A stretch of DNA of 64,000 nucleotides, from contig JAPDFW010000054.1 of NCBI GenBank assembly GCA_028826165.1, positions 558,001 to 622,000 on the forward strand. The letters are read 5' to 3'. The position numbers were made by a program, and so were the translations under genes. Under the pieces are notes generated by a model that was given only the letters and a program-made list of their open reading frames with translations, did not search any database and was not told where the DNA came from. Positions 11,869 through 22,900 of the stretch are shown here, piece after piece (position 1 is the stretch's first letter; each line of letters begins with the position of its first letter). The DNA is from Anaeramoeba ignava BMAN. Taxonomy: Eukaryota; Protista; Anaeramoebae.

Positions 11869-14680
11869 TTAAATTCTTTTAAAGAAATAAATGTAACCAG
11901 TTCCAAAATAAGGATCATCATCAATAACAACTTTTGAATCATTAAAAAGAATCCATTTATCATTTTTCTTAATATAAGCAACATAATGACCACTTTGTGG
12001 AGTTGAACCCATATGAACAATAAAAGAACTCAAAACAAACTTTGCATGTTTTTTTTCTTTATCATTTTCATTTTCAATTTCGCATAAATTTTCATCATCA
12101 TCAAAAACAACATCATCTTGTGATTTTTCTTGTTTCTTAGTTGATTCTTGAATCATTAGCATTTCAATATCGTCTTGATGATTAAATAAGTAATCAACAG
12201 CTCTATCCGGATTATTTTGTGTTTGTCTTAAAGCAAATATTGATTGTTCTTTAGAAAATCCCATTGAAGTAAGTTGTTCAATAATAATTGGATCATCAAC
12301 AAAATCATCTTTTTGTTTTTCTTTAAAGGAAAAAGGAACATCAATATCTGGATCATCTTGATGCTCCAATAACCAATTTAACGCTATTTCTGTGCTTGCG
12401 TTTTGTGTTGTTAATGCTGCTTTTTCTGCTCGATTTTTTGGGAATCCAAATAGTTCAAGTTGTGAAACAATATTCTCATCAGCAACTGGAATTTTTTCAG
12501 TTAATTTCATTTCGTTTCCAAGTTCATCTTCTTCGAAAAGTTGTTCATTTTCTGGTGGGGTTTTTGCTCTTAAAAATTCCAAATCAATTTCTTCATCAAC
12601 AGGTAAATTAATGTTGATATCCATTTTATGTGGAACCCATTTCCTCAATCTGAATTTATTTATACTCACAATCAATATTTCTGGGAATGTGATTAATGAT
12701 GAACTTTTTGAATAGAAAGAATCGCCACAAATTGGGCATCTCCAATTCCAACGGTATCAACTGCAATAAAGTTATCTAATAATTCTTTTAGGGAGACTTC
12801 AGGGATTTTGTTTTGTTTTTTCCATTCTTCTTCATTCCATTTTTCTTCTTTTTTTTGGGTTTCATTTTTGGCATTTTCTCTTGAAATTTGGTATTCTTCT
12901 TCTTTATCAACAACATATTCTGGGATATTTAAAGGAAGATGAATTGAGGATAATTTCTGGTATTTTGCTCTTTTGCATTTATTGCATTGAAGTTTTGATT
13001 GGTGAGTAAAATTGAATGAAATTGATGGATCAGCTTTTTCTTGATTTTTGTATTTGTTTTCTTGTTTTTTTGTTTGATCCAATAAATATAAAAGGAAATC
13101 AAGTGAATCTTGTTGAAGCATAGTTGAAAATTCTGGGTGATTTTTTCCAATTAAAGATTTAAACATTCTTGGTGAAATTGAAGTTAATTCTTTTTCTGGT
13201 TTTTGATCTTCAAGAACAATTTGAGTTGAATATTCTCCACTTAATAAACCATGAGCAATTTTTCTCATTTGAGCACCAAAATCATCTGCTGGATTAATTA
13301 AGATTTGTTTATTTTCTCTTTTGGATAATTTTCCTGAATAATATCTTGTTATAAATGGGTTGAATGAGAATAAGGCTTGCAATGAAGAAGCCATATAACA
13401 TGAATTTCCAAGATTTCTTAATCCAGTTAAACCAGGACCAGAAATTGGAGTTAATTTTTTACCATCCTTAATTAAAGTATTTTCGAAATCGAGAGCCAAA
13501 TTTTGTTCTAGTTCCTTGATAATATTAAATATTAAATTTTAAAATGAATTTTAAAATAAATTTTAAATTAAATTTTAAATATTAAATTAAATTGAATTAA
13601 ATTGTAAATTGAAATAAATATTAAATTTTAAATAATAAATTGAATTAAAAATTGAAATAAATATTAAATTAAAATAAATATTAAATTGAATTAAATAAAT
13701 ATTTGTAAATCTACCATCTCAGCAATAGATTTCTCAGTTTTCTTTTGATCTGAAACATCAATTCCCAAATGAATTAAATGAAGAGGTAAATTTTTATCAA
13801 TAACTTCAGCATCACAAGCATAACAATGAACATCAGCATCACCATCAGGGGTAATAGTACCAATTTTAACAACCAAAGGATGGCCAGATTGCCTATAATG
13901 AAGAACAGCATGTTCATTGCCACCTGAACCATCATAATTTCTTCTTCCACAAGCAATATGACCACAAGTTAAACAAAGCCATAAATTATGATCCAAATTG
14001 CATTCCATACAATGTTTTGAATTTCTGATTAAATCTTGATTTACTTCTAATTGAACAAGTCCTTCGCAATGTTTGCACGTGAATTTCTGCGCTTCCCATT
14101 CTTTGATTTCTTCTTGTTTTGTTGCCGAATTGAAATTTTTTATTGATTCAATTGTTTTTTTTAATTTTTCACTTGTTTCTTCAATTTCTTGATATGAATA
14201 ATTTTCTCCATCTTTATTCCATTGTCTGATTGCATAAAAATACTCGTATTTCTCTTCATCTTTTTCTTCTTGAAATCCTCCTTCAATTCCAATTGCAACT
14301 TTTGTTATTTTTTCTTCTTTTTTTTCTTTTTTTTCTTTTTCTTCTTTTTCTTCTTTTTCTTCTTTTTCTTCTTTTTCTTTTTTAATTCTTCGAATATTCA
14401 AAACAAATGGATGTGAATATTCAATAGCATGTCTTGCGCTGTGATTATGTGTATAACATCCTCCATTGAAACAAGTTAAACACACATCAATCCCTTTTTC
14501 TGAATCCTTTTTGTTTTTTTTTCGATAAACAAAATTTTATTATTTTTTTTTTTGCTTTTTTTTTGATTGTTTTTTTTTTGATTTTGTTTTTACAATTGTA
14601 TCAAAACATTCAGTGCATTCTTCTTTATAAATTTGTGTGTTTGAATTTGGTAAATTAATGTAATCTGAAATATAATCCAT
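11869..14680 (-). CDS. USP5: Ubiquitin C-terminal hydrolase USP5/13 (isopeptidase T, Ubp14); 3 exons, frameshift near 12745
   Basis: Exon 1 MDYISDY...KEECTECFDTI; introns 14507-14593 and 13515-13714; ZnF-UBP (LWLCLTCGHIACGRRNYDGSGGNEHA); Cys box GLRNLGNSCYMAS; two UBA domains; His box HMGSTPQSGHYVAY...FNDSKV. Confidence 0.93.
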
Positions 14681-14729
14681 TATTTCTTTTTTTTTGGAAA
14701 AGAAAAAAATGAAAATAAAAAAATGAAAA

Positions 14730-15480
14730 AATATTTTAATAAAATTTTAAAAAGAATTAAATCAATTTTAATCATTTTCAATAATAAATTTCTTTTTTAT
14801 TTAAATTGAAATAATATTTTCTTTTATTAACTTAATATAAAATTATTTTAAAAATTGAAATAAAATTGCAAAAATATTTTAATAACATTTTAAACAGAAT
14901 TGAATAAAGAATATTAAATAAATAAATTTAGAATTAATTTTAATTTTATATTTTATTAACTTTTCTTTTATTAAATTAATATAAAATAATTTTAGAAATT
15001 GAAATAAAATTGAAAAAATATTTTAATAACATTTTAAACAGAATTGAATAAAGAATATTAAATAAATAAATTTAGAATTAATTTTAATTTTATATTTTAT
15101 TAACTTTTCTTTTTATTAACCTAATATAAAATTATTTTAGAAATTGAAATAAAATTGAAAAATATTTTTAATAAAATTTTAAAAAGAATTAAATCAATTT
15201 TAATCATTTTCAATAATAAATTTCTTTTTTATTTAAATTGAAATAATATTTTCTTTTATTAACTTAATATAAAATAATTTTAGAAATTGAAATAAAATTG
15301 CAAAATATTTTAATAACATTTTAAACAGAATTGAATAAAGAATATTAAATAAATAAATTTAGAATTAATTTTAATTTTATATTTTATTAACTTTTCTTTT
15401 ATTAACCTAATATAAAATTATTTTAAAAATTGAAATAAAATTGGAAAAATATTTTAATAAAATTTTAAAAATAATTGAGT
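14730..15480. repeat. ~144-bp tandem repeat with two alternating interior variants (A-B-B-A-B)
   Basis: TTGAAATAAAATTG at 14855, 14999, 15144, 15287 and 15430. Confidence 0.9.
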
Positions 15481-15705
15481 AAAGAATTAATTCAAGAAAT
15501 GAAGAAATGAAGACAGATCAGTTGTCGTCTTTTGTTAATTTTAATTAAATAAAATAAAAAAGAAAAAAGTGGATAGTTTTATTTTTTTAATTTGGGTTTT
15601 TAAGAAAAAAATAAATCAAAAAAACAAATTCATTTTTTTATTTTTATTTTTATTTTTTTCTAAATCAAATCAAAACAAAATTGAAAAACAAAATTGAAAA
15701 ACAAA

Positions 15706-15966
15706 ATGGCAAATCAATCTGAAGAAAACAAAATGCAAGTTTATGTTAAAAATTTAAAAGGAACATCTCAAGCTTTTGATATTAGTAATGATGAAACAGT
15801 TGATAGTTTGATGAAAAAAGTGGAAGAACAATTGGGAATTACAAAAAATCAACAAAGATTAATTTTTGGAGGAAGAAATTTAGTTTCAGGAAAGAAATTG
15901 ACTGATTATCGAATCAAACATGCTTCAACAATTCATTTGGTTTTTCGTCAACTTGGAGGAAATTAA
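15706..15966 (+). CDS. Divergent ubiquitin-like protein with C-terminal GG-N
   Basis: From M at 15733 it aligns without gaps to the 76 aa of ubiquitin (31 identities by my count; QQRLIF, DY, STxHLV, R72, GG), followed by one residue (N). Confidence 0.9.
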   Translation: MANQSEENKMQVYVKNLKGTSQAFDISNDETVDSLMKKVEEQLGITKNQQRLIFGGRNLVSGKKLTDYRIKHASTIHLVFRQLGGN

Positions 15967-16099
15967 ATTTGTTTTCTTTTTTCTTTTTTCTTAAATTTCA
16001 ATAATAAAATATTATTTTTCCAAAACTAAATCTTTTTTTTCTTTTTATTTTGAAGAGATTCCAAATTGATTATTCAATCAAAATATTTTCAAAATATTT

Positions 16100-16436
16100 G
16101 GAAAATGAAAATTAAAAATATTTTATAATTGAAAAAAAAGAAAAACAATATAAATTTCCAAAATCAATATTAATAATGAGAAGTGAATTATATCGAGGAA
16201 TGTTTTTATCTGTAACAAATGATAAATCGAATAAAGTTACAGATTATAGTGAATTAAGTAATAAATCATTTCAAATATTTGAATATTGGATTTATTCAAA
16301 TCAAATTAAAAAAGGAATTAAAATTACAAAAGAAATAATTGATGAAATTGAAATTGGAATTGATTATTTTCAATTAAATCAAACAAATCCAAATTTATTT
16401 GATTTATTAATTAACAAATTTAATAATCAAAATTAA
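16100..16436 (+). pseudogene. 3' remnant of an RCC1-BTB paralogue
   Basis: Degenerate IIEKKEKQYKFPKSILIMRSELYRGMF...INKFNNQN* with no upstream RCC1 part. Confidence 0.8.
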
Positions 16437-16971
16437 AATAAAAATTAAAATTAAAATTAAAATTAAAATCAAAATTAAAATCAAAATCAAAATTAAAATT
16501 AAAATTAAAATTAAAATTAAAATTAAAATTAAAATTAAAATTAAAATTAAAATCAAAATCAAAATTAAAATCAAAATTAAAATCAAAATTAAAATTAAAA
16601 TTAAAATTAAAATTAAAATTATAATTGAAATTAAAATTAAAATTAAAATTAAAATTAAAATTAAAATTATTTTTCATTTTTTTCATTTTTTTTCTTTTTC
16701 AAAAATGAAAAGAAATCTGAAACAAATATCGAAAGAACAAAGGAAAAAACAAAAAAAATTTTTTTTATTTTTTGATTTAAATTATTTTTCCTTTTGAAAA
16801 TCCTCAACCGAATCAACAAATAAAATAATTTCTCTTGTTTTGTTTCATAACTTGATTTGAGAAAATGGAAATAGTACTGTTGATGATATTTTCCAAATAA
16901 ATTTTTTTTTATCACAAAAAAATAAAAACAAAACAAAACAAAAATTATTTTTCATTTTTTTCTTTTTAAAA

Positions 16972-18771
16972 ATGAATGAAATTTTATTTTTTGGTCAAAA
17001 TTTTTATCCAAACCTTTTCAAAAATGAACCAGATTCAATAACAAAACCAATTCAATTTAAATTTGAAAATGAAAATGAAAATGAAAATGAAAATGAAAAA
17101 CAAATTAAACAAATTTCAACAGGTTTTTTTTCAATAGTTTTCCTTTTTGAAAATGGAAAAGCAATAGAATATTTAAATGAAGAAGAATATTTAAAATATT
17201 CAAATCAAAATCTCGAAAAAATCCAAATTGAAGAAAATATTCAAAAAGTAACTGTTGGTTATTATAATGAAGCTATTTTAACAAAAGAAGGAAATGTATT
17301 TGCTAAAGGATACAATATTAATCCAAAAAACCCAAAAGAATTTATCAATATTTCATCATTAATTGAAGATACAAATGATAGAATAATTCAAGATATTGTT
17401 TCTGGATATGGCACAATTTATTTATTAACTTCAAATCAAAATGCTTATGGAATTGGTTCAAATCAATATGGCCAACTTGGTTTTGATTCTGAAACACTTA
17501 AAAAAACAGAAAAACCAATTTTAATGATGAAAAATATTTCTAAAATATTTTCAGGAAATTGTTCTGATCATGTTTTTCTTTTAAATTCAAATCAAGAATT
17601 ATTTGGATGCGGATCTAATTATGATGGTCAACTTGGATTAGGAAAATCAAGAAAACAAGAAAAAAAAATCCAAAAATTAACCAAAATCCAAAATATTCCA
17701 GAAGGTAAAATAATTGATATTAAATGTGCAAATTTTCATTCAATAATGTTGACTGAAAATGAAAATGAAAATGAAAATCCAAAAAGAAAATTTTATTCAT
17801 GTGGAAATTATCAATATAATGGACTTGGCAAAAATAAAAATACTTATGAATTTACTGAAATCAAATCATCTTTATTTGAAAAAGATGATAATATTCTTGA
17901 TTTTTCTTGTGGGCAAGAGCATACTTTGATTTTAACTTCTAATTCAAAATTAATCGGATTTGGAGATAATTTATATGGTGAATTAGGAACTGGAGATACA
18001 GTTGAACAATTAATTCCAATTCAAATTGAACTTCCTAAATTAAGATTTAATGAAAATATTTCTAATTATCATGTTTCTTGTGGTAATGCTCAATCATTCC
18101 TTTATTATTCTCCTCCTTCTTTTTCCAATCTTGAAGAAGATTTGATAAAACTATTTCAAAGAAAAGAATTTTGTAATATTTCATTTAAAACCAAAAATGA
18201 AGAAATAATTGAAGCTCATAAATTAATATTGAAATATAGATTAAATCAAAATCAAAATCAAATTTCAAAACTTCAAGAAATTATTTCAAATAAATCAATT
18301 AAAGAATCTAATCAAATATTTGAAATGATTTATTCAAATAATTCCAAAATAAATCTAAAATTATATTCTGAAATTAAAGAAATTATAAATTCCAATGAAA
18401 AAATTGAAGAAACAATGAAAAGAATTTATTTAAATGAAAATGAAAATGAAAAAGATTTTATAATTGAAAGAAAAGAAAAACAATATAAATTTCCAAAATT
18501 AATATTAATAATGAGAAGTGAATTATATCGAGGAATGTTTTTATCTGTAACAAATGATAAATCAAATAAAGTTACAGATTATAGTGAATTAAGTAATAAA
18601 TCATTTCAAATATTTGAATATTGGATTTATTCAAATCAAATTAAAGATGAAATTCAAATTACAAAAGAAATAATTAATGAAATTGAAATTGGAATTGATT
18701 ATTTTCAATTAAATCAAACAAATCCAAATTTATTTGATTTATTAATTAACAAATTTAATAATCAAAATTAA
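16972..18771 (+). CDS. RCC1 propeller + tandem BTB protein, paralogue 5 (intact, 599 aa)
   Basis: Single ORF with the family motifs. Confidence 0.92.
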   Translation: MNEILFFGQNFYPNLFKNEPDSITKPIQFKFENENENENENEKQIKQISTGFFSIVFLFENGKAIEYLNEEEYLKYSNQNLEKIQIEENIQKVTVGYYNEAILTKEGNVFAKGYNINPKNPKEFINISSLIEDTNDRIIQDIVSGYGTIYLLTSNQNAYGIGSNQYGQLGFDSETLKKTEKPILMMKNISKIFSGNCSDHVFLLNSNQELFGCGSNYDGQLGLGKSRKQEKKIQKLTKIQNIPEGKIIDIKCANFHSIMLTENENENENPKRKFYSCGNYQYNGLGKNKNTYEFTEIKSSLFEKDDNILDFSCGQEHTLILTSNSKLIGFGDNLYGELGTGDTVEQLIPIQIELPKLRFNENISNYHVSCGNAQSFLYYSPPSFSNLEEDLIKLFQRKEFCNISFKTKNEEIIEAHKLILKYRLNQNQNQISKLQEIISNKSIKESNQIFEMIYSNNSKINLKLYSEIKEIINSNEKIEETMKRIYLNENENEKDFIIERKEKQYKFPKLILIMRSELYRGMFLSVTNDKSNKVTDYSELSNKSFQIFEYWIYSNQIKDEIQITKEIINEIEIGIDYFQLNQTNPNLFDLLINKFNNQN

Positions 18772-19067
18772 AATTAAAATTAAAATCAAAATCAAAATCA
18801 AAATTCAAATTAAAATCAAAATTAAAATTAAAATCAAAATTAAAATTAAAATTATAATTGAAATTAAAATCAAAATTAAAATTAAAATCAAAATCAAAAT
18901 TAAAATTAAAAAAATTAAAATTAAAATTAAAATTAAAATTAAAATTAAAATTTAAATTAAAATTAAAAATTAAAATTAAAATCAAAATTAAAATCAAAAT
19001 TTAAATTAAAAATTAAAATTAAAATTAAAATCAAAAATCATTTTTTTTCATTTTTTTCTTTTCAAAA

Positions 19068-20835
19068 ATGAATGAAATTATATTTTTTGGTACAAATCAA
19101 AACCAAAATCTGTTCAAAAATGAACCAAATGAAATAAAAAAACCAATTCAATTTAAATTTGAAAATGAAAATGAAAATGAAAATGAAAAACAAATTAAAC
19201 AAATTTCATCAGGAAATTTTTCAATAATTTTCCTTTTTGAAAATGGAAAAGCAATAGAATACTTACAAAATTCAAAACAAAAACCTGAAAAAATCCAAAT
19301 TGAAGAAAATATTCAAAAAGTAACTGTTGGTGATGATCATGAAGCTATTTTAACAATAGAAGGAAATGTATTTGCCAAAGGAAGAAATATTAATCCAAAT
19401 AATCCAAAAGAATTTATCAATATTTCATCATTAATTGAAGATACAAATGATAGAATAATTCGAAGATATTGTTTCTGGATACAGTGCAATTTATTTATTA
19501 ACTTCAAATCAAAATGCTTACGGAATTGGTTATAATCATTTTAGTCAACTTGGTTTTGATTCTAAAACACTTAAAAAAACAGAAAAACCAATTTTAATGA
19601 TGAAAAATGTTTCTAAAATATTTTCAGGAAATATTTCAAAACATTTTTTTCTTTTAAATTCAAATCAAGAATTATTTGGATGCGGAAATAACAATTACAG
19701 TCAACTTGGATTAGGAAAATCAAGAAAAGAAGAAAAGCAAATCCAAAAATTAACCAAAATCAAAAATATTCCAAAAGGCAAAATAATTGATGTTCAATGT
19801 AGATATTTTCATTCAATAATGTTGATTGAAAATGAAAATCCAAAAAGAAAACTTTATTCATGTGGATGGAATCGATATAATGGACTTGGCAAAAATGAAG
19901 ATGAAAATACTTATGGATTTACTGAAATCAAATCATCTTTATTTGAAAATGATGATATTATTGATTTTTCTTGTGGATATGAATATACTTTGATTTTAAC
20001 TTCCAAAAGAAAATTGTTTGGATTTGGATTAAATAATTATGGTGAATTAGGTGAAACTGAATATTGGGTACCAATTCCAATTCAAATTGAACTTCCTAAA
20101 TTAAGACTTAATGAAAATATTTCTAATTATCATGTTCTTTGTGGAGATCAAAAATCATTTCTTTATTATTCTCATCCTTCTTTTTCCAATCTTGAAGAAG
20201 ATTTGATAAAATTATTTAGAAGAAAAGAATTTTGTGATATTTCATTTAAAACCAAAAATGGAGAAATAATCAAAGCTCATAAATTAATATTGAAATATAG
20301 ATTAAATCAAAATCAAAATCAAAATCAAATTGAAAAACTTCAAGAAATTATTTCAAATAAATCAATTAAAGAATCAAATCAAATATTTGAAATGATTTAT
20401 TCAAACAGAATAATAAATCCAAAATTATATTTAGAAATTAAAGAAATTATAAATTCAAATGAAAAAATTGAAGAAACAATGAAAAGAATTTATTTAAATG
20501 AAAATGAAAATGAAAATGATTTTATAATTGAAAGAAAAGAAAAACAATATAAATTTCCAAAATTAATATTAATAATGAGAAGTGAATTATATCGAGGAAT
20601 GTTTTTATCTGTAACAGAAGATACTTCAAATAAAGTTACAGATTATAGTGAATTAAGTAATAAATCATTTCAATTATTTGAATATTGGATTTATTCAAAT
20701 CAAATTAAAGATGAAATTCAAATTACACAAGAAATTATTGATGAAATTAAAATTGGAATTGATTATTTTCAATTAAATCAAACAAATCCAAATTTATTTG
20801 ATTTATTAATTAACAAATTTAATAATCAAAATTAA
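19068..20835 (+). CDS. RCC1 propeller + tandem BTB protein, paralogue 6 (+1 frameshift near 19461)
   Basis: ATT CGAA GAT where paralogues have ATT CAA GAT; ORFs 19068..19535 and 19597..20835. Confidence 0.88.
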
Positions 20836-21075
20836 AATAAAAATTAAAATTAAAATTAAAATTAAAATTAAAATTAAAATTAAAATCAAAATCAAAATTA
20901 TAATTAAAATTAAAATTAAAATTAAAAATTAAAAATTAAAAATTAAAATTTAAATTAAAATTATGATTAAAATTAAAATTAAAATCAAAATCAAAATTAA
21001 AATTAAAATTCAAATTAAAATTAAAATCAAAATTAAAATCCAAATCCATTTTTTTCATTTTTTTCTTTTTCTAAA

Positions 21076-22842
21076 ATGAATGAAATTATATTTTTTGGTT
21101 TAAATGAATATCCAAAACTTATAAAAAATGAACAAGATAAAATAACAAAACCAATTCAATTTAAATTTGAAAATGAAAATGAAAATGAAAAACAAATTAA
21201 ACAAATTACATCAAGTTATTTTGGAACAATTTTCCTTTTTAAAAATGGAGAAGCAATAGAATATTTAAATAATTCAAATGAAAATCCTGAAAAAATCCAA
21301 ATTGAAGAAAATATTCAAAAAGTAACTGTTGGTTATCAAAATGAAGCTATTTTAACAATAGAAGGAAATATATTTGCAAAAGGAAAAGATATTAATTCAA
21401 AAAACCCAAAAGAATTTATCAATATTTCATCATTAATTGAAGATACAAATGATAGAATAATTCAAGATATTGTTTCTGGATCTTATTCAATTTATTTATT
21501 AACTTCAAATAGAAATGCTTATGGAATTGGTGATAATTATTATGGTCAACTTGGCTTTGATTCTAAAACACTTAAAAAAACAGAAAAACCAATTTTAATA
21601 ATGAAAAATGTTTCTAAAATATTTTCAGGAAATTGTTCTGATCATGTTTTTCTTTTAAATTCAAATCAAGAATTATTTGGATGCGGAAATAACAATTACA
21701 GTCAACTTGGATTAGGAGAATCAAGAAAACAAGAAAAACAAATACAAAAATTAGCCAAAATCCAAAATATTCCAAAAGGCAAAATAATTGATATTAAATG
21801 TGCAAATTTTCATTCAATAATGTTGATTGAAAATGAAAATGAAAATGAAAATCCAAAAAGAAAACTTTATTCAACTGGAAATTATGATTATAATGGACTT
21901 GGCAAAAATAAAAATACTTATGAATTTACTGAAATCAAATCATCTTTATTTGAAAATGTTGATAATATTCTTGATTTTTCTGTTGGAAGTGCTCATAATT
22001 TGATTTTAACAACCCAATCAAAATTAATAGTGATTTGGGGATAATATAGATGGTCAATTAGGAACTGGAAATAGATCCTGGAGTCAATTAATTCCGATTC
22101 AAATTGAACTTCCTAAATTAATATTTAATGAAAATATTTCCAATTATCGTGTTTCTTGTGGATTTCGGAATTCATTTCTTTATTATTCTCCTCCTTCTTT
22201 TTCCAATCTTGAAGAAGATTTGATAAAATTATTTCAAAGAAAAGAATTTTGTAATATTTCATTTAAAACAGAAAATGGAGAAATAATCAAAGCTCATAAA
22301 TTAATATTGAAATATAGATTAAAAGATGAAAATGAAATTGAAAAACTTCAAGAAATTATTTCAAAAAAATCAATTAAAGAATCAAATCAAATATTTGAAA
22401 TGATTTATTCAAACAGAATAATAAATCCAAAATTATATTCTGAAATTAAAGAAATTATAAATTCAAATGAAAAAATTGAAGAAACAATGAAAAGAATTTA
22501 TTTAAATGAAAATGAAAATGAAAAAGATTTTATAATTGAAAGAAAAGAAAAACAATATAAATTTCCAAAATTAATATTAATAATGAGAAGTGAATTATAT
22601 CGAGGAATGTTTTTATCTGTAACAGAAGATAAATCAAATAAAGTTACAGATTATAGTGAATTAAGTAATAAATCATTTCAAATATTTGAATATTGGATTT
22701 ATTCAAATCAAATTAAAAATGAAATTCAAATTACAAAAGAAATAATTAATGAAATTCAAATTGGAATTGATTATTTTCAATTAAATCAAACAAACCAAAT
22801 TTACTTGATTTATTAATTAATAAATTTAATAATCAAAATTAA
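21076..22842 (+). CDS. RCC1 propeller + tandem BTB protein, paralogue 7 (frameshifts near 22031 and 22795)
   Basis: ORFs 21076..22044 and 22220..22816, plus the paralogue-like tail NKFNNQN* ending at 22842. Confidence 0.85.
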
Positions 22843-22900
22843 AATCAAAATTAAAATCAAAATCAAAATTTAAAAAATTTTTTTAATTTTTATTTTAATT

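Noticed and set aside
14730-15480. CRISPR-like repeat-spacer array
   Set aside because: The interiors recur (A,B,B,A,B), the constant block is long and degenerate, there are no cas genes, and the context is eukaryotic.
15706-15966. Calling the UBL canonical ubiquitin or NEDD8
   Set aside because: Only ~41% identical to ubiquitin; it has R72 rather than the NEDD8 A72, and a non-canonical QLGG tail.
116-22842. Diversity-generating retroelement as the source of RCC1 loop variation
   Set aside because: No reverse transcriptase or template repeat in the window, and the substitutions are not restricted to adenines.
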